A DNA stretch of 64,000 bases from an uncultured bacterium. Its GTDB lineage: Bacteria > Auribacterota > Erginobacteria > Erginobacterales > Erginobacteraceae. Each line of letters starts with the position of its first letter. Position 1 is the first letter of the stretch. The notes beneath the pieces were generated by a model, which saw nothing but the letters and a program-made list of their open reading frames with translations, was not told where the DNA came from and searched no databases. The translations under genes were made by a program, and so were the position numbers. Below, in pieces: positions 51,025 to 59,928 of the stretch. The stretch is taken from positions 256,001 to 320,000 of the forward strand of contig CAWGIE010000019.1 of assembly GCA_963822585.1 (NCBI GenBank). Direction: 5' to 3'.

Positions 51025-51538
51025 AATGCACGTAATGATGGACAGGGTGTTGAAAGAGTTCAAAGAGTTCGCCATGCGCGGGAACGTGGTCGACATGGCG
51101 GTCGGCATCATCGTCGGCGGAGCGTTCGGCACTATCGTAAAAAGTTTGGTCTCCGATATACTGATGCCCCCGTTCGGCCTTCTCCTGGGAGGGATCGATT
51201 TCTCCAACTTCTTCGTTGTTCTCAAGCACGGCACTCCGGCCGGACCTTACGCCGCCCTGGCGGACGCCCGGACGGCCGGCGCGGTCACGATCAACTACGG
51301 GGTGTTCGTGGACAACATCATCAGCTTTCTCATTGTCGCGATCGCCGTCTTCATGCTGATCAAGGGTCTCAACAAACTCCAGCGGGAGGTTGACGAGGCG
51401 CCGCCGGAACCGACGACCCGGCAGTGCCCCTTCTGCGTGAGTACCATCTCCATCCAGGCGACCCGGTGCCCTTACTGCACCTCCGACCTTACCGCCCCCG
51501 GAACCCCGCCGGAAGACTCTCCACCCGCGAACCCGTGA
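51017..51538 (+). CDS. mscL: Large-conductance mechanosensitive channel with C-terminal Zn-ribbon
   Basis: [37 protein letters not shown]; start uncertain. Confidence 0.92.
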   Translation: MNKMHVMMDRVLKEFKEFAMRGNVVDMAVGIIVGGAFGTIVKSLVSDILMPPFGLLLGGIDFSNFFVVLKHGTPAGPYAALADARTAGAVTINYGVFVDNIISFLIVAIAVFMLIKGLNKLQREVDEAPPEPTTRQCPFCVSTISIQATRCPYCTSDLTAPGTPPEDSPPANP

Positions 51539-51547
51539 TTCGCCGGA

Positions 51548-52195
51548 TTATTTCCCCTCTTCAGTTTCCGGCGCCGGGGCTTTCGCGGGAACGTCCTTTT
51601 CGAACGCGGTGAAAATCTTCCGCAACCCTTCTTCCCAGCCCGTAACTAGGGCGTCGGCGGTAGCGACCGGGATGGATATTTCTTCCCGGTAGGATTTGCT
51701 GAAGACGATCAGCGGCTCCAGCGGGCGGACATCCATGAGCAGGAAGTCAACCATGATAACCGCCCGGGGATTTACCTTGTCCCGGAAATCACCGTACATC
51801 TCCACCAGGTTCCCTTCGATGACGTAGGTCGGTCTCAGCCGGCTTGCCCGGTCGATGACGGCCCGGGCGCGGCCCGAGTCCTCCAGCCATTCGGAGGTGA
51901 GGGCCCTGATCTGTTCGCCCGGCAGTATAAAAAAAACATTGTAAAAGTCGGACTCGAAGATCGAGTCCCCGGTCCGGTACACGAACTCCGTGTTCTCGTA
52001 GCCGGGAGAGGCCCGGAAGAGCTGGACCTGGACGATCGGTCCATCCTCCAGCGGCGGCAGCGCGGTTTCCGGTTTCACTTCCAGAACGTAATATTTCCGG
52101 ACGGGATAATCCCTCTGGAGGTTGACACACCCGCAGAGCAATCCGAGTGTGACGAACCAGGCGACAGCGACGACGCAGGTATTTTTCTTTTTCAT
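51548..52195 (-). CDS. PqiC-like ABC auxiliary lipoprotein
   Basis: Lipobox LCGC; YYVL, VYR..YN.F...P; overlaps the stop of the MCE gene. Confidence 0.8.
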   Translation of the reverse strand: MKKKNTCVVAVAWFVTLGLLCGCVNLQRDYPVRKYYVLEVKPETALPPLEDGPIVQVQLFRASPGYENTEFVYRTGDSIFESDFYNVFFILPGEQIRALTSEWLEDSGRARAVIDRASRLRPTYVIEGNLVEMYGDFRDKVNPRAVIMVDFLLMDVRPLEPLIVFSKSYREEISIPVATADALVTGWEEGLRKIFTAFEKDVPAKAPAPETEEGK

Positions 52196-53091
52196 GGCGA
52201 TTCGATTACCTTTGATGGTGGTGGTGGGTTTCCCCACAGGATGTGCGAGGGATCCTGCCGGGCCGATTCAGTCAGCTGGCGCAGGTTGTCGGAGACGATC
52301 CGCGCGTCCTCGACTACTTCCGCCAGGCTCCCCTTCTGCTCGCTTACCCAGTCGGAGAGTCTCTGCAAGGTCATGTTGAGGCGGGCCGTTATCTCGGGGA
52401 TACTGTTCGAGGCTTGCCGCAGGTTGGCCAGGGTCGGGGACGCCTCATCCCGGAGATTGGCGATCAGCGGCCTGATATCCTTTTCCAGCATCTCATTGAC
52501 CGAGGCCAGTGTCCGGTCGACTTTTTCTCCCACGGCCGCGAAGTCCACTTCCGCCAGGCTGTCCAGCGTTTTCTCCAGCGAGGAACTCAGCCGGGCCAGG
52601 GTTCCGGGAACCGCGGGGATGTAGGGGTTCTCCGGCGTCCAGTCGATCTTCAGTTCCTCGATCTTGGCCGGGTCGTAGTACGAGGCGTCAAGAAAACAGA
52701 TCCCGGTGATCCCCTGGGAGGCCAGGGTGAGCCGGAGCCCCTTATCGACCACCTGCCGAGTATGCACCTTCAATACTTCCTGGTCCTGGTCGGGCGTCCT
52801 GGCCCCGATAGCGGAGGGATCGATGGTGAAGAGCACATAGACATAATTATGCTCGGTCTCGTACATTTCATACACGAACTTGATCTGGCTGACCGAGCCG
52901 ATCTTGACACCCATCATCTTCACCGGAGATCCGATATCGAGCCCCTGAACGGAGCTGTCGATATAGGTCTCGAAGGTCCATTCCTTCCTGAACATTTCCC
53001 GGGCGCCCAGGAAAAAGAGTCCGACCAGGAGGATCACCACGGCGATAATGACAAACATCCCCAGTTTAAAATAATTTGTCTTCTGACTCAT
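52192..53091 (-). CDS. mlaD: MCE/MlaD-family protein
   Basis: LGMFV TM anchor; SVQGLDIGSPVK..GV.IG.V; SQGITG; helical tail. Confidence 0.88.
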   Translation of the reverse strand: MSQKTNYFKLGMFVIIAVVILLVGLFFLGAREMFRKEWTFETYIDSSVQGLDIGSPVKMMGVKIGSVSQIKFVYEMYETEHNYVYVLFTIDPSAIGARTPDQDQEVLKVHTRQVVDKGLRLTLASQGITGICFLDASYYDPAKIEELKIDWTPENPYIPAVPGTLARLSSSLEKTLDSLAEVDFAAVGEKVDRTLASVNEMLEKDIRPLIANLRDEASPTLANLRQASNSIPEITARLNMTLQRLSDWVSEQKGSLAEVVEDARIVSDNLRQLTESARQDPSHILWGNPPPPSKVIESP

Positions 53092-53123
53092 AATCTCTCC
53101 CTTTTTCTCTAACTGAAAGAATC

Positions 53124-53398
53124 GCCGCAAAAAGACGCAAAAAGCGCAAAAGTAGTAATCAACATCGGTTGAGATATTTCCTAATCTCAGATTTGGATAG
53201 ATCAAAATGAACCAGCAGCCGATCTAATAACGAGAGAAAAAATTGCCACCATCTTGCGGATTATATAAAACGAACATCTTTTTCGCAGACATTTATCATA
53301 AATATTTTTTGCGTATTTTGCGCCTTTTTGCGGCTATTTAATGGGGCCGAGGCGGGGTCTCTATAATTAAATGTATTTTGCGCTTTTTTGCGGCTATT
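53124..53398. repeat. Cargo-less IR element (CCGCAAAAAGACGCAAAA type) between mlaF and mlaD, with a duplicated right arm
   Basis: Left arm GCCGCAAAAAGACGCAAAAAGCGCAAAA; right arm TTTTGCG..TTTTTGCGGC twice (about 53306-53338 and 53373-53398). Confidence 0.7.
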
Positions 53399-54212
53399 AC
53401 TCGATCCCTTCCGGTGCTTCCTCCCGGTTGAAAAAGCTCCTTACCCAGGGGTTCTCCGAATGGTCCCTCAGTTCCCGGGGGATCCCGGTGGCGACGATCG
53501 TCTTCTCCCGTTTGTCAAGCATGATGACCCGGTCGGCGATGGCGAAGATGCTCGCCAGCTCGTGAGTCACCACCACGAAGGTGGCTCCCAGCGTACCAGC
53601 CAGGCGACGGATCAGCGCGTCCAGTCCGGCCGACGTGATCGGATCGAGACCGGCCGACGGTTCATCAAGGAAGAGGATGTCCGGGTCGAGGGCCATCGCC
53701 CGGGCGATGGCGGCCCGCTTCTGCATCCCCCCGCTGACCTCAGAGGGGAGATGGTTGGTAAAAGCGTCTAATCCCACCAGGGATAGTTTCATCCGGGCGA
53801 TCAGGTTCTTCGCTTCCAGCGGCAGGTCCGTGAACTCGTCGAGGGGAAGCCGAACGTTCTCGATCAGCGTCAGCGAGCCGAAGAGAGCCCCATCCTGGTA
53901 CATGACACCGATTTTCTTCAGGAGTTCGTCCCGATCCTTTCCGTAAGCGGTGACCATGTCCTCCCCTTCGATAAAGACCTGGCCGGTGAGCGGCTGCTCG
54001 AGGCCGATCATCTGCCGCATGATCGAGCTCTTCCCGCAGCCCGACCCGCCCAGGATGATAAAGACCTCCCCCGGCATCACGTCGAAGGAAACATCCTTCA
54101 GGATGGTGTTCTCGCCGTAGCGGATCGTAACACCACGAACCTTGATAATTGGTTCCGTTATCCCCCCATTGAGAACAGCTACACTATTAATTGTTGAATC
54201 TTGATTTATCAT
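53397..54212 (-). CDS. mlaF: MlaF-like ABC ATPase
   Basis: GGSGCGKS, SGGMQKRAAIARA, FLDEPSAGLDP, VVTH. Confidence 0.92.
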   Translation of the reverse strand: MINQDSTINSVAVLNGGITEPIIKVRGVTIRYGENTILKDVSFDVMPGEVFIILGGSGCGKSSIMRQMIGLEQPLTGQVFIEGEDMVTAYGKDRDELLKKIGVMYQDGALFGSLTLIENVRLPLDEFTDLPLEAKNLIARMKLSLVGLDAFTNHLPSEVSGGMQKRAAIARAMALDPDILFLDEPSAGLDPITSAGLDALIRRLAGTLGATFVVVTHELASIFAIADRVIMLDKREKTIVATGIPRELRDHSENPWVRSFFNREEAPEGIE

Positions 54213-54224
54213 AAATATATTTCA

Positions 54225-54765
54225 ACCACGAAGGACACGAAGAACACGAAGAAAAAATAAATAATACCGGAATAAAATCGCTGCTCTATACGACTAACAT
54301 ATAACTTCACTTTTCTTTTGTTTTTAACCAACAAGGCAATTGAGCTAAAGGAAAGATATATTATGGAATTTTATCCTTTATCAAATAAAGTAATCGGCTG
54401 CGCCCTGGAAGTGCATCGTGTGCTTGGACCCGGATTATTAGAATCTACGTATGAACAATGTCTTGCCCACGAACTATCTTTGGCAGCTATATCTTTTAAG
54501 CTCCAGGCTCCCCTCCCTGTGAATTACAAGAATGTAATTATCGACTGTGGTTATCGCATTGATGTTTTGGTCGATAATAAGTTGATTATTGAAATTAAGA
54601 GTGTGGAAAAGATCCTCGATGTCCACCGCGCTCAATTGCTTACTTATATGAAGCTATCCGGCATATCCATCGGACTGCTCATGAATTTCAATGTCGAAAT
54701 ATTTAAAACCGGTCTAAAACGATTTGTACTTTAATCCCCTTCGTGTTCTTCGTGTCCTTCGTGGT
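54225..54765. mobile_element. 541-bp GxxExxY cassette bounded by perfect 27-bp IRs
   Basis: IRs at 54225-54251 and 54739-54765; AT-rich; opposite strand to the mla operon it splits. Confidence 0.7.
54363..54734 (+). CDS. GxxExxY protein (PD-(D/E)XK-like)
   Basis: IGCALEVHRVLGPGLLESTYE, YRID.LV, IEIKSV, AQLLTY, GLL.NF. Confidence 0.93.
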   Translation: MEFYPLSNKVIGCALEVHRVLGPGLLESTYEQCLAHELSLAAISFKLQAPLPVNYKNVIIDCGYRIDVLVDNKLIIEIKSVEKILDVHRAQLLTYMKLSGISIGLLMNFNVEIFKTGLKRFVL

Positions 54766-54800
54766 GAATTAATTATTTTTTTTATTCTTCGTGGTGAATT

Positions 54801-55946
54801 TTATATCCCGAGGTAATAGAAGATGACCGCGAAGATCCCGTCCGAGAAAATGATCAGGATGATGCTGCTCACCACCGCCTGGGTGGTGGACACCCCGACC
54901 GACTGGGCGCCGGCCTTGGTCTGGAGACCGCGGAGGCATCCGACACCCGAGATCAGAAGGCCGAAGACCAGCGTCTTGAAGAGCCCCCCCAGAAGGTCGC
55001 CCATGCTCACCGAATCGACCAGCCGGCTGAGGCAGGTGATCAGCGGGTACCCCATCCCCATGACCACGAAGATGGCGCCGATCATGCCGAAGACGTTGGT
55101 GAATATGGCCAGAAGCGGCATCACCAGTATCCCCGCCAGAACCTTGGGCACGGCCAGGAACTTGACCGGGTTGAGACCCATCGTGATCAGGGCATTGACC
55201 TCGTCGTTGACCTTCATCGTCCCGATCTCGGCGGCGAAGGACGAGCCGGAACGGCCGGCCACGATGATGGCGGTGATCAGCGGGCCCAGTTCCCGCACCA
55301 GGGTGATGGCGACCAGGTTGATGATGAAGATATCGGCGCCGTACTGCTTCATCGGGACCCCGGCCTGGAAGGCCAGAATCAGCCCGATCAGGAAGCCCAT
55401 CAGGGCGATGATGGGGATCGCGTTCACACCGGCGGCCTCCATCACCCCCCAGCACTTCTTCCAGCGCGCCTGCGCCGGGTGCAGGACGGCAAAGAAGAGG
55501 GCGGAAGAGAGCTCACCAATGAAGGCGACGGTGGTGCGAAGGTTTCCCAGCCAGGAAGCCAGGGCCCGTCCCACCTCTCCCGGGAGGGATTCCCGGCTCC
55601 TTTCCCTCCTCCCCTTGTCGCGGAAAATATCGGATGGGAAAAGTTCCAGCAGGTGATAATACTTCTCCGGGAAGTTGCGGATTTCGAATGTGCCCCCCTG
55701 TTCTTCCTGGTGGGCCTTGAGATCTACCAGCAGCCCGATCCCGGCCACGTCGCAGTAGGTGACCCCGGCGCCGTCGATAATGAGCTGTCGGGGCTTCTCC
55801 TTCGCCAGGAGTGTAACCGCCTCTCTCCAGACATCACCCCCGCCCCGGGCCTCCAGGCTTCCCCGGAGGAAATAGACAGTCCGCTCATCCTCCTTCTCCA
55901 CCTTCAGGCCGGGCTCTCGCTCGGCTGCATTATCCCGTTTCAGCAT
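54801..55946 (-). CDS. mlaE: STAS-MlaE ABC permease
   Basis: N-terminal STAS (DVAG); RELGPLITAIIVAGRSGS.FAAEIGTMKV.DE; VG..TT.AVV. Confidence 0.92.
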   Translation of the reverse strand: MLKRDNAAEREPGLKVEKEDERTVYFLRGSLEARGGGDVWREAVTLLAKEKPRQLIIDGAGVTYCDVAGIGLLVDLKAHQEEQGGTFEIRNFPEKYYHLLELFPSDIFRDKGRRERSRESLPGEVGRALASWLGNLRTTVAFIGELSSALFFAVLHPAQARWKKCWGVMEAAGVNAIPIIALMGFLIGLILAFQAGVPMKQYGADIFIINLVAITLVRELGPLITAIIVAGRSGSSFAAEIGTMKVNDEVNALITMGLNPVKFLAVPKVLAGILVMPLLAIFTNVFGMIGAIFVVMGMGYPLITCLSRLVDSVSMGDLLGGLFKTLVFGLLISGVGCLRGLQTKAGAQSVGVSTTQAVVSSIILIIFSDGIFAVIFYYLGI

Positions 55947-56123
55947 TAACCTTACCCATAAATTAGCGCCTCCGGCGCTAATTTAGTAAATTTTCTCTTT
56001 CTAAATAGAATACAGATTGATAGCGATCCAAAAATTAGTTCAGGTCCAACCGTTCAATCCATAACGGCAAGCCCTTAGTATCATAAAGCAAAACTGATTA
56101 TTTTATTCCGGGGGCTTTTTCTT

Positions 56124-56178
56124 CTGTTTCGGAATTCCAATAACCGGATTTTATCCTGTTATTGGAATCCCGAAACAG
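56124..56178. repeat. Imperfect palindrome of the 23697-23750 family
   Basis: CTGTTTCGGAATTCCAATAAC...GTTATTGGAATCCCGAAACAG. Confidence 0.8.
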
Positions 56179-56287
56179 TGAAGTACCTTTTCGTTCGATT
56201 ATAAACCCGGAATACCGGGTGGTCACGGTAAATATTCGCTCATCGAATTAGTTTCTCAAACTGAATCCCGGTGGTCAAGCTCGGTCG

Positions 56288-56328
56288 GCCGGGAGCAGAT
56301 CGTCGCCCAGACCGGGAAGGCCCTCCGG
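56288..56328 (+). repeat. 41-bp exact direct repeat of 58406-58446
   Basis: GCCGGGAGCAGATCGTCGCCCAGACCGGGAAGGCCCTCCGG at both sites. Confidence 0.9.
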
Positions 56329-56448
56329 CCCGGCGGCGGGGCCATCAGGTGAACGGCCAGCTTGTGTTTCGGTTTCTCTGTAGTGTTGTTTCCCATCTGA
56401 ATGCTCTTGTAAATCAGGTCGCGTATTGCTCAAATAATAAAACTTTAA

Positions 56449-57270
56449 TCATCCTGCCCTTTGTCCACCTGAGGCCAGAAGCTGTAACACGTTCTCCCGG
56501 GTGAAAATATTCAGATCGGCCGGCCGCTCCAGAAAAGATGTCACGTCCCGTTCAACCATTTTCCAGTCCGCCGTCTCCACCACCCGCAAGAGCCGCATTC
56601 TCCAATCGTTTTCTGAAGGGAAAGATTCTTCCCATCCAGCCTGGCAAAGACCATTACGAAGAAGATTAAAATTCGGCGAAAGATCGGGCCAGCGGGAGAG
56701 ATACCATCCGAGATCGAAAAAATCGCGGCCCTTGGTATAGCTCCTGCACAAAAGCGCGTTAAGCTTACCGGCAAACAGGGAGGGCAGATCGTAGGTGGCA
56801 TAGGCAAGAGGAAAGTAAATGTCACTGATATGGGTGGCGAGGATTGCTCCTTCGGGAGGGCGGGTGTCGATATCGATCTTGATTGACAATTTCTGGTTGC
56901 GATGAGGAGAAATTCCCGCCTCGAACATAATACCGACGAATCCAATCAGTGCGTATTGTACCGTCTTGCCGGCATTGTATTTGATGGTGACATCGTACCC
57001 TGACATCTCCAGTTCCCGCTTCAGCTTCAGCATCCCTGGCTCGAACGGATATAACTCTCCGCCGGTAACTGAAAAATCCATGTCTTCCGAGAATCGGGGA
57101 ATCCGGTAAAGAAATCGCAGGGCGGTACCTCCGACGAATGCAGAGAGATCAAAGAAGCCGTCATCAAACAAAATTCTCAGGATGTAAGCCTGAAGATATT
57201 CCCGCAGGGAGTTTAATTTTTCATTGTATCCGGTCCTGGAGGAGGCTACTTGAAGCGCATAGTCTTTCAT
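56449..57270 (-). CDS. abiEii: AbiEii/AbiGii nucleotidyltransferase toxin
   Basis: LREYLQ, FVGGTALR..Y...RFSEDMDF, KIDID, AGKL.A, KGRD.FD. Confidence 0.9.
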   Translation of the reverse strand: MKDYALQVASSRTGYNEKLNSLREYLQAYILRILFDDGFFDLSAFVGGTALRFLYRIPRFSEDMDFSVTGGELYPFEPGMLKLKRELEMSGYDVTIKYNAGKTVQYALIGFVGIMFEAGISPHRNQKLSIKIDIDTRPPEGAILATHISDIYFPLAYATYDLPSLFAGKLNALLCRSYTKGRDFFDLGWYLSRWPDLSPNFNLLRNGLCQAGWEESFPSENDWRMRLLRVVETADWKMVERDVTSFLERPADLNIFTRENVLQLLASGGQRAG

Positions 57271-57905
57271 AACTCTTTCTCCATGGAGACAACTTCTTCC
57301 AGGTGTTCCCGGATGGAATCAGCAGCCTTGATGATCCTCGGCTTTTTAAACCGGCGGGCATATTTAAGAAGGCGGTCGAGATCGAACTTTTTGACATTTT
57401 GAAGCCGCAGTTCCCGAATGTAGCCGGAGGGGAGTTTTCTCCGGTATAGATAAACGAGGTCGAGCAGCGCCTTCTCGGGTGAAGCGATCAATGCAGTCTG
57501 ACCGCGCACGGTATGGCCTTCATATCCCCAGAAGAGGGAAGAATCGATATGCCGGTAAGAGAAGGTCCCCACCGGACAACGAAACGATGCCTGCCGTTTC
57601 GGCGTGACGGACGTATAGACCGGCACAGCCTCCGGGATACAGTTGTGGTATTCGAGCGCCTTTTCCAGGCTGAGATAGGAGGGCATTTTGAGTAACGAGG
57701 CGAGATACGGCTCCCATAACTCGGTCCTGCGATAGGGTTCGGCCAGCAGGTAAACGCCGCGTTTTATCTTTATAAGCTTCCCGGCCTGTTCCCATCGCCC
57801 GATATGGACCTGGAGTGAGGAGGGATGTGTAAATCCGGTCAAAAGAATCCTGGACTCGATAACCGGATACTCCCCGGCAATCTGGATAAATTCCTCCCAT
57901 TTCAT
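57267..57905 (-). CDS. abiEi: AbiEi antitoxin / transcriptional regulator
   Basis: KIKRGVY, PSYLSLE.AL.YH..IPE, ASPEKALLD; ATGA coupling to the toxin gene. Confidence 0.88.
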   Translation of the reverse strand: MKWEEFIQIAGEYPVIESRILLTGFTHPSSLQVHIGRWEQAGKLIKIKRGVYLLAEPYRRTELWEPYLASLLKMPSYLSLEKALEYHNCIPEAVPVYTSVTPKRQASFRCPVGTFSYRHIDSSLFWGYEGHTVRGQTALIASPEKALLDLVYLYRRKLPSGYIRELRLQNVKKFDLDRLLKYARRFKKPRIIKAADSIREHLEEVVSMEKEL

Positions 57906-57914
57906 GGCATCAAC

Positions 57915-57930
57915 TTAACATTTATGTTAA
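57915..57930. promoter_or_regulatory. Palindromic putative AbiEi operator
   Basis: TTAACAT-TT-ATGTTAA, 10 bp upstream of the abiEi start. Confidence 0.5.
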
Positions 57931-58124
57931 ATTAACGCAATGATTATATTAAAAATACAGCACGATCTTTTTTGGGAATGCGTGTGGTCTTTTGTTTGGA
58001 GCTTATAAATTCCGGGAACACGATACTGAACACGGCAATTATATGCCGTTTGACTACCCTATTTAATAGTATGTCCCCGGAACTGTTACCCGGATATTTA
58101 TGAATTATCACAGATAGATCGCAT

Positions 58125-58776
58125 ATGGTATATTCACCCCGTAGCAGTTTATCGTAACCGTAAAGAATCGGGGAGGGTTCTCGCATCGCTGCTGCCCCCA
58201 CGCGAGAACGGGACGGTGGTCCTGGCCATCCCCAACGGCGGGGTGGTCGTGGGAGCCGCCCTCGCCCGGGAACTCGACCTTCCTCTCCTCCCCATAATCA
58301 TCCGCAAGATTCAGATCCCCTGGAACACCGAGTCGGGCTTCGGCTCGGTGGCCTCGGATGGCACCGTCCTCTATAACGAGGATCTCCTGCCCCGCCTCGG
58401 GATAAGCCGGGAGCAGATCGTCGCCCAGACCGGGAAGGCCCTCCGGTCCGTCGAGGACCGCCTCCGGCTCTACGGCGCCCCCCGGGAGTTTCCCCGGCTG
58501 GCGGGGAAGACCGTGATCATCACCGATGACGGACTCGCCTCGGGGGTAACAATGGAGTCGGCGGTGCGGGTGGTCCGCAAGCACGAACCGGACAAAATCA
58601 TCGTGGCCGTACCGACCGCCTCTACGGGAGCCTACCAACGGATCGCGCCATTGGTTGACGAGCTGGTCTGCCCCGACGTCCGGGGAGGCTGGGTCTTCGC
58701 GGTGGCGGCCGCCTACGAAGACTGGTACGACGTGACCGACGAAGAGGTCAAAGCGATCCTCTCCTCTCCACACTGA
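58125..58776 (+). CDS. Phosphoribosyltransferase-family protein; 5' end apparently frameshifted
   Basis: YRNRKESGRVLA, AIPNGGV, RKI..P, DDGLASG.T, VAVP; the nearest ATG (58125) is one base out of frame. Confidence 0.8.
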
Positions 58777-58840
58777 TCCATCTCATCTAATTCCCCGTCT
58801 CTATTATTCGGATAGGCCCTTTGACCCGGCTTTTCCGGAA

Positions 58841-59789
58841 TTACCCTTCCCCCGCCCGAAGAGCGGGAACACGGGCGAAGGAACCGAGCATTGATCCCAC
58901 CACCACCAGGCAGGCACCCGCGATACCGAGCGGGCCTAGTTCTTCGGGGGCGAGATAGAGGGGGAAAAGGGCCGCGCCGCCGGCGGCGACGCCGAGGGTG
59001 ACCAGGGGGGTGATCGCAACGACCAGACTGACCCGGGAGGCCTCGAGATGGTCGAGCGCCTCCGAGAAACAGCCATAGGCGATGATCGTATTGATGGCGC
59101 AGAAGGCGAGCAGGCCGAGGCGTACCGGATCGAGGTCCAGTGATCCGGCCGGGATGAGCAAGAGGAAGGAAGAGAAGCATTCCGCCGAGGTAAATCCGTA
59201 CCATCACGATCTCGGAAGGGAAGTAGCGGAGCAGTTGCTTCTGGGCCAGGGCATAGGCCGTCCAGACCAGGGCGGAGAAAATGATGACAACCGCTCCGAT
59301 CGAGAGGTGATTGATCCCGGAGAATATCTCACCGATACGGCGATGGAAGAAAAGAACGATGCCGCCCAGGAGGAGAACCAGACCCACCCACTGGACGACA
59401 CCGAACTGTTCCCGGAAGATCACCAGTCCCCCGAGGAGAAGCATCATCGGGGCAATCTGGATCATGACCACCGCCATCCCGGGCGACATGAACTTCACCC
59501 CCAGGGCGTACGTGACGTAGTTCCCCCCCAGCCCGAGTATGGTAACCAGGGTGAGAATGATGGCGACTCCCCGAGCTTTAAAGATGGGTGTGACGCCGTA
59601 GCGGCGGACGATGAAGAGCGAGAGGAGGAGCCCCGCCCCCAGAAACCGGAACCAGACGATGGTGAAGGCGTCGATCTTTTCAAGCAGGACCTTGAGAACA
59701 ACGGGAAGAATACCCCAGAAAATGGCGGTGGTGAAGGCCAGACCCGCCCCCAGGCGGCGTCGGCCGCTAACCTGATGCATCCGCTTCAT
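58841..59789 (-). pseudogene. EamA/DMT transporter with a +1 frameshift near 59141
   Basis: FWG..P, WFRF, YALAQKQL in one frame; NTIIAYGCFSEAL.H.EASRVS in another. Confidence 0.75.
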
Positions 59790-59812
59790 TTAACTACCCA
59801 TATTGATAATTC

Positions 59813-59919
59813 ACCACGAAGGACACGAAGAATATTTGGGGAATGGGGATGAGGGAGTGGGGAGTTGAGGCCATTCACCATTCTCTAATCCCTATTCTCT
59901 CTATCGTGTCCTTCGTGGT
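59813..59919. mobile_element. ~107-bp composite IR element, copy 2
   Basis: Near-identical to 42544-42650. Confidence 0.75.
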
Positions 59920-59928
59920 GAAATATTT

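Noticed and set aside
53291..54218. 15-bp repeat ATTTATCATAAATAT on both sides of mlaF
   Set aside because: AT-rich and self-palindromic, with one copy overlapping the start codon; cannot be distinguished from chance
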